A DNA stretch of 64,000 nt from Eledone cirrhosa. Taxonomy: Eukaryota. The stretch covers positions 115,692,001 through 115,756,000 of the forward strand of contig OZ024745.1 in the NCBI GenBank assembly GCA_964016885.1. Direction: 5' to 3'. The position numbers and the translations under genes were made by a program. The notes beneath the pieces were generated by a model, which was not told where the DNA came from, did no database searches, and worked only from the letters and a program-made list of their open reading frames with translations. Below, one piece after another: positions 1 to 10,702 of this stretch (positions are counted from its first letter, which is position 1; the number at the start of each line of letters is the position of its first letter).

Positions 1-330
1 CACACGCACCAGTTGCTTTCACTTCAATTTATTATAATAAACTTATAAATTTAGGAATTTATAAATTTATAAATTTCTGGTTGGTTGGTTGGTTCCACAA
101 CCAGATAGTTGTTTATATATTGTCAAAGTTCTTTCGTCACACATTCTGTGACCTCATCAGTGACTGGGGATTCTTTTCTTTGTTTATTATAATAAATTGA
201 AGTCAAAGTTACTGGTGCGTGTGTTTTCTTATTGGCAACATGACCCTCCCAAAGTATAACAATATCGGTTTCAACACACGATTTCAGATAAAGAATCTTG
301 CTAAACAAATTCAGAAACGAAATATATATA
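1..330. mobile_element. Penelope-type terminal-repeat fragment in hairpin arrangement (same family as 14115-14455 and 14653-14795)
   Basis: 1-180 is the reverse complement of about 14165-14347; 187-325 is a direct match to 14313-14445; ends in (TA)n. Confidence 0.75.
122..164 (-). ncRNA. Minimal type I hammerhead ribozyme
   Basis: Minus strand: gtca-CTGATGA-g gtcaca gaatg tgtgac-GAAA-gaac-TT-tgac. Confidence 0.75.
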
Positions 331-526
331 TATAATTTGATTAAAATAACAGGAGTCAAACTGGTAATATTCCTTTAAAGTATTATTGTTGTGACAAACA
401 CTATATATATTTCAATGGACTGGTTGCGTAAGATCCTGGCCACATAATGAGGATTGTATAATTAGTTAGTCAATAAGGGAATTACGGCAAACTTTAACAG
501 AGAATATTTGATTCGAAGATCCTCTA

Positions 527-1208
527 GGCATATAGTGATACATATCCTCAAGACATATAGACAGATCCTCCAGACATATAGACATACAGATCCTCCAGAC
601 ATATAGATAGATCCTCCAGACATATAGACATACATATCCTGAAGACATATAGACAGATCCTCTAGGCATATAGACATATCCTCCAGACATATAGACAGAT
701 CCTCAAGACATATAGACATACAGATCCTCTAGGCATATAGACAGATCCTCAAATCATATAGACATGCAGATCCTCCAGACATATAGACATACATATCCTT
801 CAGACATATAGACAGATCCTCTAGACATATAGACATACATATCCTCCAGACATATAGACAGATCCTCTAGACATATATACATACATATCCTCCAGACATA
901 TAGACAGATCCTCTAGACATATATAGACATACAGATCCTCCAGACATATAGACAGATCCTCAAGACATATAGACACATCCTCTAGACATATAGACATACA
1001 TACCCTCAAGACATACAGACAGATCCTCTAGACATATATACATACATATCCTCCAGACATATAGACAGATCCTCTAGACATATATAGACATACAGATCCT
1101 CCAGACATATAGACAGATCCTCCAGACATATAGACACATCCTCTAGACATATAGACATACATACCCTCAAGACATACAGACAGATCCTCCAGACATATAG
1201 TGATACAT
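527..1208. repeat. Minisatellite of 21/25-bp units (AGACATATAGAC[ATAC]AGATCCTCY)
   Basis: About 30 tandem units, with a 161-bp higher-order repeat (871 vs 1032). Confidence 0.95.
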
Positions 1209-1469
1209 AGCCACTGTTAAAATATGAATAATATGAATACAACTGATGTTTTCTCATTCCTTCCAATATTTAATTTTGGAGACTGGTACATTGTTTCATT
1301 TAATCTTCCGTATTACTTATTATTGCAATAGGGAATTTCCCCTTCAAAAAAAAGAGCCTATGTAGTTTACAATGCACATATTCTAAACCTTATAATGATA
1401 TGTATTAATTTACATACTTCCATATAAAAGACTAAAACACGTTTATAAAATATACGTTACTTTTTTCAG

Positions 1470-1601
1470 TTAATGACGTTGCAATTTTGGAATTGACGAA
1501 AGAAGTACCTTTGGGTAAATGCATTTCTGCTCTAGCTCTCCCTAGCAAAGGAGATACATATGAAGGTACATGTATGGCCGTTGGATGGGGCCTAACTGCA
1601 A
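1470..1601 (+). CDS. S1 serine protease paralogue A, exon 4 equivalent (5' exons lie upstream of the window); carries catalytic Asp102
   Basis: ttttttcAG|..|GTaagc, phase 1/1; translates NDVAILELTKEVPLGKCISALALPSKGDTYEGTCMAVGWGLTA; same 132-bp length as exon 40269-40400. Confidence 0.95.
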
Positions 1602-1824
1602 GTAAGCTTTGAATATATTTTTGATATTTAAAATTTTAAAACTCTTTTTCTACTATGCGTGTGTGTGTTTCCTAACTTACCTATTAATGTATAGAAATGT
1701 ATGTAAAAGGAAAACTACCAAAATTATATTAAGGATGTCATGTCTGAGAATATCAGAATCATGCGCCATACTACCTGTGAAATAAGCTCAAAGATTCCAA
1801 GTAGTAAATCCGAGCATTTATATC

Positions 1825-2084
1825 AAATTAAAAGTAGGATGGTGTATATATACATATAAAATAAACACATCAAACAATTACAGGGGATAATTTGTAAAGA
1901 GTGTAAACACACATAGTTACGGAGGTAACATATTAAAAATTAAACAAGATACCCTGCAATAATGATTGTTTGATTTTTAACATGATACCTCCGTAACTAT
2001 GTGTGTTTACACTCTTTACAGATTATCCCCTGTAATTGTTTGATGTGTTTATTTTATATGTATATGTCGTCCTACTTTTAATTT
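1825..2084. repeat. Long inverted repeat (arms about 120 bp, short loop) in an intron of paralogue A
   Basis: 1825-1947 is near reverse complement of 1966-2084. Confidence 0.9.
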
Positions 2085-2334
2085 AATATTTTAATTTAAT
2101 AATGTAAAAGAAAAACTACATTTTTGACATGCAATTAATACGAACGTACACCTACACATGTTGTATTGAGGTTTATTTAATTTCATAAACCGAAGTTTAT
2201 TCTTTACAAAACCAAATCAAATTGACCGTAACTTAATTAAGCAAACATGTGATATGAACCAGTAATAAGCGGAGGCATCATTGAAAACAGTCCGGTACAA
2301 CACCGTCGGTACACTTATGTTATAAGTGAATCCC

Positions 2335-4200
2335 TTTCAATCTAAACGTCTCTACCAACTTGCCTAAGGCTTTCTTCTCAATCTTAGAAAAAAACTTCCC
2401 AGTCGGCCACAAATACCATAATCTTATCAATAAAAATACCATTAAAATCTCTTACTCTACCACACCTAACATCGCGTAACATATAGCTAGTAGTAATAAA
2501 AGGAAGATTAATAATTATTTCCAACTAATTAAATCACAACAGGGGGTAAACTTACATAACAACATAATACCAGAGAATTCTAGTAGCAATAATAGTAATA
2601 GAACTAATGAAATTAATAACAATGAGAACGATAATCATCATTACCCTAATACTACCACACTACCACTATCAACCATGCATCTACACACCATATTAACCAG
2701 CAAGCAAACAACCAAAATAACTGTAACTGTAGAACAAATAGAACTTGCCCCTTAGGTAAAAATTGCTTAATCAAAGACATCATTTACTCATACACAGTCA
2801 ATACAAACAACTCTTCAAAAACATATATCGGTTCTACTTCGAACTGCTTCAAGATGAGATATAACTCGCATCTCCACACTTTCAAATATCGCAATCTAGC
2901 CAACTCCACTTCTTTATCTAACTACATACACTTTCTGAAAACTAAAAATAGACCATACACACTTCAATGGGAAGTAATAGATAGGGCCGCATCGTATAAA
3001 CCACCTAATAAATTATGTAACCTCTGCACTATAATCTATTCTAATAAATTATGTAACCCGCACTATAATCTATTCTAAACTAAACCTCTTAAAGAGAAAA
3101 TCAGAAATTTTTTCCATGTGCCAACACTACCACCGACACACTTTCCACAACTTTAAACCTAGATGCTAGTATATAACAATGTCAGATCTGGATTCCTCAC
3201 CACCATTAACGCTTCATCTCTAGGTTTTATCAACGTAGTTCCACAGCATCACACTCTAATATCAGCTCATTCCTCTACTTACCTCATATTTATCTCAAAT
3301 CTTATATTCTACAATAACTATTAAGAATAAACATAAAGTTACCACCGTTTAATATAACTACTATAGCTTACTTATATATTATTCAGTAATGGGTAGATAG
3401 TAATATAATGAGACCTTTAATGTATTATAGGAAAATAGATTGTATTTAAAATTATATAAATAAATATCATTATATAAAAGGGATTCACTTATAACATAAT
3501 ATATTGCACAAGGAATCTAACTAATTGGAGCTGTAAACAATTATACATTATTCTATTATATACAAATTAATCGCTAATTACCCCCCCCCCCCCCCACCTC
3601 ATTCACATTAGCTCCCCTTGATATATAAAACGTTAAACAGGTTACTCTAGAACAACTCGAACTCTGGATAAGATTGTAATAGGACCAATATACAATCCAT
3701 AGTTGTAACTACTTATAAACATTCACTAAAATATAACCAATGTAATGGAAAAAAAACCTTAATATTAATAACCACAACACATGCACATTTGAACATTACA
3801 GGAACAATTATCACACTACATCCACCATAAACTTCATAGAAACTACTTTTAATACACAAACATCTCTGACTGCTAAATATGCTTTTAAACCTGTATTGTA
3901 TTATGCGATACCTTTGCCACGCTGTAATATTGTACCATTGCTTGTTTCCTACCTAGCTATTCTGTACATGCCTAACACATATGCTTGCATATGTAATGCT
4001 AATGTCCTCGTTTTGCGAGTAACTTTCTGCCTTAATTCTTATATTATTGTTATATTATTCATTTGTAATCTTTGTCGCATCCACTGATACTAACCTCAAC
4101 ATCTCCACTCTGTAAAACATCTAATGTATTTATATTGAGCTATTTTTCTTACTGGTAATAAGATAGTAATGAATTACTGACCTTTCCTGTTTATAATTAT
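2335..4200 (+). mobile_element. 5'-truncated, decayed Penelope-like element (RT thumb, linker, GIY-YIG, 3' UTR)
   Basis: FPVGHKYHNLINKNTIKISYST, CNCRTNRTCPLGKNC, IIY..TYIGST..FKMRYNSH, CNLC; contains stops; ends at (TA)n. Confidence 0.9.
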
Positions 4201-4236
4201 ATATAGTGTATATATAAGTATAAATAATATTATTAT

Positions 4237-4272
<36 letters not shown>

Positions 4273-4406
4273 CATACATATATACCAGTATGATGACAAC
4301 ACTACAAAAGATTATTACGCAACCACGTTGATGTCTTTGAAATGAACATAAAAGGATTATATAATAAAGAGAGGATGTATACATAAAACCGTCACTATTC
4401 TTTATA

Positions 4407-4455
<49 letters not shown>

Positions 4456-4790
4456 GGAGGTGCGTTTTATTGTAGTACAATAAAGCAATGCAGATATCGG
4501 ATAAGAAGCACTCTACAGTTTGTATGACTGGAGTATACATAATATATAAGAACAGTTATAAAAGCTATCTCTCTCTCTCTATCACCCATCTCTCCTCCTA
4601 TCTCATCCTTCCTCATTATACTCCTCCCTCTCCACTTTTTACTCTCATCTCCTCCTCTTTTTCACCCCCCCCCCCTCTAAATAAAATATTTTTCCCAATA
4701 TCACACATCAATCTAAAACTACTTTTCATATGTTGATTTAAAACTGAACTATCCACAAGTGTTTTTTAACCTTCATATCATGTCTTCCTG

Positions 4791-4857
4791 TTTTATCTGA
4801 TGAAAACACAAATATTATTGCACGATGATATTTGTTTTTGAAATGCGCATAATAAAA
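4791..4857 (+). ncRNA. Minimal type I hammerhead ribozyme with palindromic stem III
   Basis: ttttat-CTGATGA-stem II-GAAA-tgcgca-TA-ataaaa; second copy at 53433. Confidence 0.8.
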
Positions 4858-4896
4858 TACATGGAACTCTTTTAACCATCTTTTGTTCTTATATAT

Positions 4897-4946
<50 letters not shown>

Positions 4947-5716
4947 GTGAATCGATAGCTTATGGGGTGATGGAGATAACATTTGGTCACGACGATAATT
5001 GGAACTGGCACCGACGACAGCATTACAAGCAATAAGCTAGTTTCCACACACAAACAATCACACTCTTTCTCTCTATCTCTCTCTCCCTCACGAACACACA
5101 CACATACACACAATCACACACACACTGAAAAACACACATACATAGATACACATACTCACATACAGAGAGGAATTCACAATGTATTATATATTACTGCAAT
5201 TAGTAAAATCGTAACTTATCTCAATTTTTTAAGAGAGAGAGAGAGAAGACACCCACACACACGCACCACACACATATATATATGTATGTATATATTTCAA
5301 ATTGTGTACAGATTGTAATATATATGATTTTAAAGATATAAGTCAAAAACCTAAAAGTGAATTATATTTTCATATTTCTCTGAATAAATCATTCGCAAAT
5401 AAAAGTAGAATATTAGCAATAGATTCAAATCGTGAAAGCTGTAAAGGACTTCACTCAACAATATGAGATAACAAAACACTCATCTATAGTAGCATCTCTG
5501 TTCTTAATATGATAACAATATACAGTTCGACATTGTTACTATGGCCAAGCTATAGTGCAGAGGGTAGTTTACATATCTCTAAGCTGGCGTTAATGTTTTG
5601 GTAGAACCAGATAGCTGTTTCTCAAGCATTTATTGCTAACAATTTGATGAATAATACGATTTAACAATATAACTATAAAAATTAGCTTATATCCTACGTT
5701 AAATATTTTATTACAG

Positions 5717-5862
5717 AGAAAGGTATTTTGCCGGATCAGCTCCAGAAGGTAAAGATTAATGTTATGTCAACAAATGAATGTCAGAAAAAGGCAGGTGGAA
5801 TAAATGCTGATCAACATATATGTGTTGGTGATAACAAACACATGGGTAAAAATGCCTGCGGT
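5717..5862 (+). CDS. S1 serine protease paralogue A, exon 5 equivalent
   Basis: ttacAG|..|GTaagt, phase 1/0; KGILPDQLQKVKINVMSTNECQKKAGGINADQHICVGDNKHMGKNACG; 146 bp like exon 41086-41231. Confidence 0.95.
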
Positions 5863-6460
5863 GTAAGTCAACCATTTTGTATTTCTCAACATTGTATAAG
5901 ATTTCTTAACATGTAGAATTGTTAGAGCTTTGGTTCAAATACAATGGATGGACTGATAATAAAATCTTTCCTTTGTACTTATTGCCATTACCGGAATGTA
6001 TTGACCACTGGAGAGTGTCCTATGTTTGGTGGTTTAAGAGATTGAGAGAAATCTTTCAAATCATTTATGGAATACATTAATTATTAATAAACTTTCATAT
6101 CTGTTCCTGCATTGGAATGATATTTCTTACATATGTATAAATGTGGAAAGGAGTTAACAGAGGGAGAAGGTGTGTTGTTTATGCTTTTCGTCAAATAAAC
6201 TCATGCAATATATGAAGCAAAGTAATTTCAAATGAGAATAAACAATGGGATTTTAATTGTTAAAATAATATCCTACATTAAATATAGTCATTGTCATTAA
6301 ATATAGTCACGTTACCAATTATTAAATTTGGTATGATTGATAAATGAAACTAAAATTTGGCATAAAGAAATAATTATCAATATAGAAATTATCTAGATGT
6401 GATGTATAAGGTTTTTTTAAGACAGTGGAAATTATTGAAATATTTATTTTCTGATTTTAG

Positions 6461-6616
6461 GGAGATTCTGGTGGTGGTCTCGTCTGCCGTAGAACATCTG
6501 ATAATGCCTTTGTTGTTGCTGGTATTGCCTCATATGTTTTGGACTGTGATAAAGGACTTGCCGTCTATGCCAACACTGCTAATTTCCTGGACTATATTAA
6601 TGGGTACATAAAGTGA
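6461..6616 (+). CDS. S1 serine protease paralogue A, last coding exon; catalytic Ser195
   Basis: ttttAG|GGA GAT TCT GGT; GDSGGGLVCRRTSDNAFVVAGIASYVLDCDKGLAVYANTANFLDYINGYIK*. Confidence 0.95.
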   Translation, partial: GDSGGGLVCRRTSDNAFVVAGIASYVLDCDKGLAVYANTANFLDYINGYIK

Positions 6617-6672
6617 GTTTTAAGACTATATCACTGAGTTCAAGAATGTTTTTATACAAATAATTAAGACTC

Positions 6673-6678
6673 AATAAA
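6673..6678 (+). terminator. Probable polyadenylation signal of paralogue A
   Basis: AATAAA 57 nt after the stop; paralogue B has the same context (actcAATAAAtt) at about 43965. Confidence 0.65.
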
Positions 6679-6780
6679 TTATGTAAAAATCTAATGTTTC
6701 TTAATTTTTATCCGTATATTATTTTACCTTAATTTGAAACTAATTTTCGGTCAGGAAGTTGCAGTAGAATTTGAGCATGT

Positions 6781-6995
6781 GGGAGCAAGTGAGACTATTG
6801 TGATCAATGAGCATGATAGGAGCAAGTGAGACTATTGTGATCAATGAGCATGATAGGAGCAGGTGAGACTATCGTGATCAATGAGGATGATAGGAACAGG
6901 TGAGACGATCGTGATCAATGAGGATGATAGAATCAGGTGAGACGATCGTGATCAATGAGGATGATAGGAGCAGGTGAGACTATCGTGATCAATGA
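6781..6995. repeat. 38-bp minisatellite downstream of paralogue A
   Basis: About 5.5 tandem copies of GGAGCARGTGAGACTATYGTGATCAATGAGSATGATA. Confidence 0.95.
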
Positions 6996-8487
6996 AATTG
7001 ACGTCATGTGTTTTAAGAAATTTAATCTTTACTGAGCAAGACTGCAGATGCTTGATACAAACATACAGAACAACACAGAAACAATGAAGGATAAGAAACT
7101 GGACTTCACATTAACGGGAAATGACCAACTGCTTGAATTTTATAATATTCATTAAGCATCAATTAATAAATGAATGTGAATAAACTATGTTTAAGCAGTA
7201 TTTACTATTGTCGGGTAATTGGCTTTGTGTCCAAATCAGAAACCTTTAATGTTCGGATAAGGTAACAACAAGTTCATTTACTAGTCGTATGCTTACAGTG
7301 GGTGGTATCGCATGTAATTAACAAACGATAGAGACATGTATAGGACTGTCGTCCTTTTATGAGCCAACAAGCAAGATTTTATACACTCGATCGATTACTT
7401 AAAAACAGCAGTCATACATACAAATCCTACATTGGACAATGTAGTCTTTGATTCATAAAAAGATGAGATGGTCACATATAGAATGCTTTGGTTATAGGCA
7501 TTTTCAGTCAGTGCTGATTTGGAGCCAAGGAACAAAACCCCAGGACCCATGAACTTATCTGATAGGAAATGTCTAAATTGAGGACAGAAAGATTGACTGT
7601 TGAAGTTAATAAACATTTTCAATAGTTTTGACAAATTTGATATTACAGGGGAAGACGTCACTTTATATGAATGTAGCGTGATGGAGATGGGTAACTGAAT
7701 GTGTAAATCACTGTGGTGGGTTTGAGAAGTTCTTACACATTCTAGAATCTAGAGTCTAGACGGTTATGAGATGCTGCTTGATAATGATGAAACAAAGAGG
7801 TGGAGGAAGTAATGAAAGAACAATTAATAAACTAAAAATATTTAAGGAAAAGCAGTGGTACTTCAGACACTAGACATGGTACATTGATTGATAAACACAT
7901 TGAACTTATTAGGGGTTCATGACAAGAAATAAATGTCTCTAATCATGACATAGTATATATAAAAATTTCTCTTATGATTTACCACATATTTTAGAACAGG
8001 TAGCTGTTACAGTATTATTATCTCAACCCCCAAAAAGAAATATATTCAACACAGCAGCCATATTATCATTTGTGACTGTAAAGAACGATTAAACGGCGAC
8101 GACTCGGTATTTATTTCAGAACAAATAATAAACGTAGAAAAAATAAGAAATTTCCCGCAACAGTTAATGGTATACATAACACTGTGATCTCTTTATCACC
8201 TGTGATGTCAGAGTAAAAACTAGGCAGAAATCGGTAGTAGTGATGCGCCATTTTAGAGCAAAAATATCGATTTATTTTATTCTATTTAAGATTAAAATCG
8301 TTAAAATACATATGTATATATTATTTCTGTTTCAAATTTGTTGCCAACATTTGTGAATTCTTGAAGGAAGACTCTCAGAATATATAATTTTTGTTACATC
8401 AGGATTTGTTCTTATGAATATTTAACTAACCTTACACAAACACACAAACAATAGAAATAGAGATAGATGGGTAGGGGAAGTGCTTGT

Positions 8488-8525
<38 letters not shown>

Positions 8526-8527
<2 letters not shown>

Positions 8528-8738
8528 TGAATGTATGTATAGTATATTTGATAATATACTGTATGTTTATTTAAAAACATTTTGAAGACCATTCGCTATG
8601 AGTTTTAAAGTAGTGACAATGTCACTTACTTTATCTCGGTAAAATCAAAGGGAAGCAACCGACAGCTGTTTTCTTTCTTCAAAATGTTTTTAAATAAACA
8701 TTCAGTATATTATCAAATATACTATACATACATTCATA
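8526..8738. repeat. Inverted repeat (arms about 63 bp) between (TA)n tracts
   Basis: 8526-8588 is reverse complement of 8676-8738; a tail of about 30 nt precedes the next (TA)n. Confidence 0.85.
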
Positions 8739-8766
8739 CATACATCGCTATTTCATAGCACTGATA

Positions 8767-8860
<94 letters not shown>

Positions 8861-9326
8861 AAGAAAAGGTGAAGTTGGAAATAGCACGGAAAATATATTT
8901 TAGGGTCTATTTTTCTTTTTTTTCCTTTCTTTGATTCGTCAAAGTGACATTATTGAAAAAATGAGAGGGACAATTCTTTTAAAAGAGAGTTTTATAATGT
9001 ATATATGTTGAGAAAGAGACTGGAAAGAGTTCATTTTCCAGTCTCCTTCTCAACAAGGAAGAGGAAAAAACTTACCTCTTAATTTCAAATCTTTAATTTT
9101 TAGTTTTTTATTCTTATTAATTCTTTTTAATTGTAATACTCAACATTTGATAAGATGAATTTGACTAATACATCGATATCGGTTATACTTTATATACTTT
9201 ATCAACCAGTGGATTTGCAGTATCAGTAGAATATATTTCCACTTTATTCATATAGTCCAAGATTGTTTTACTTTATTTCATAGAAACATATATTGAATTC
9301 ACTTGTTGTACCGATTCCTGATATAA

Positions 9327-9545
9327 GGACGGTGGATTGGCAGTATCAGTAGAGGTTCGGGAACCATGCTTTGCAGCATAGAGTTACGGCCCTTTATGAT
9401 CTGAGTTCAAATCCCGCCGAGGTTCACTTTGCCTTTCATCCTTACGGGGTCGATAACATAAAGTACCAGTCACGCACTGGGTCGATTTAATCGACTTTCT
9501 TCTCCCCCAAAATTGCTGGCCTTGAGCCTATAGTAGAAATCATTA
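9327..9545 (+). mobile_element. Octopus tRNA-derived SINE (OR2-like)
   Basis: A box TGGCAGTATCAGTAG, B box GAGTTCAAATCC, core TTTGCCTTTCATCCTTACGGGGTCGATAA. Confidence 0.9.
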
Positions 9546-10031
9546 TTAATATTCGAACACTCAGATTTACATTTCTTGTATTCAGCGATTTACAGCGATA
9601 AAACTATTTGTCAGTTATATGACTATGGCAATGCTGGCTATTTTTCGTTCGTATACATGAAGACTGGTGTATCTGCTAATATGCAAATCTGGCCGATCAG
9701 TCACTGTATATTCCAGAAAATATCGTATATTTTCATTAACTCTGAAATCGAACTTTAGCAAGTACTATTCGATTTGTTTTCAGTAATCACTAACACTTAA
9801 TGGTTTAAAAATTAAAACTAAACATGTATCCCAGAGTTAACTCAACAGTTATAAAGTGTGGCACCAAGAAAACCGACCGAAACCACCGGATATACATAAC
9901 TACGATAGATACAGAAAGGATTTACATACCTTGACAATCTCTGATTGATTAAAATCGATATAATGGATAAAATTTCTGATAGCTTTCTGGAACCCCTGGA
10001 GGTTATATAACAAGTTACATAATGCACAAAT

Positions 10032-10422
10032 AATTGTTTCTACTTTTGGCACAAGACCAGCAATTACCCAGTGCATTACTGGTACTTTATTTTATCCCGT
10101 AAGGATCAAAGGCAAAGTTAACCTCGGTGGGATTTAATCTCAGAATGGCAAGGGCCATAACTCAATGCGTCAAAGCATGGCGTCCGACCCTCTACCGATC
10201 CTGTCAATCCACCACCCTATAATGCACAAATAATTGTTTCTACCTTTGGCACAAGGCCAGCAATTACCCAGTACATTGCTGGTACTTTATTTTATCGACC
10301 CCGTAAGGATGAAAGGCAAAGTTGACCTCGGCGGGATTTGAACTCAGAATGGAAAGGGCCATAACTCTATGCGTCAAAGCATGGCGTCCGACCCTCTACC
10401 GATACTGCCAATCCACCGCCCT
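10032..10422 (-). mobile_element. Two tandem OR2-like SINEs
   Basis: Two full reverse copies separated and flanked by ATAATGCACAAATAAT. Confidence 0.9.
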
Positions 10423-10702
10423 ATAATGCACAAATAATACAGATAATATATTTTACGATCGAACTTGAATTCCTTCAGGTTTCGTCCTTTTTTAAAATTT
10501 CTTCAAGTCTACAGATTTCACAATACTTTTAATTCTGTCCGTAGTTACGGATTTTACTCAAAGGAGGAAGTCAAATAGTCAAAATATCGATGGTTATTTT
10601 CGGGGTGAGAACAAAATAATTTTCACAGCCTCAAAAATCAAAGCTCTCCACAAGAATTTGTAAACCAAAGATAACTAGATCGTCATCGATCAAATATATA
10701 TA

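Noticed and set aside
462-1266. Repetitive ORFs (SICLEDL)n and a CRISPR-like look
   Set aside because: Translations of a minisatellite; no unique spacers, and the context is eukaryotic
6399-6611. ORF-track proteins 6399-6611 and 43719-43916
   Set aside because: Wrong-frame readings of the protease last exons
6781-6995. 38-bp repeats as a CRISPR array
   Set aside because: Contiguous units without spacers; no cas genes
9327-9420. tRNA genes suggested by A/B boxes
   Set aside because: SINE heads with no cloverleaf, followed by the SINE body
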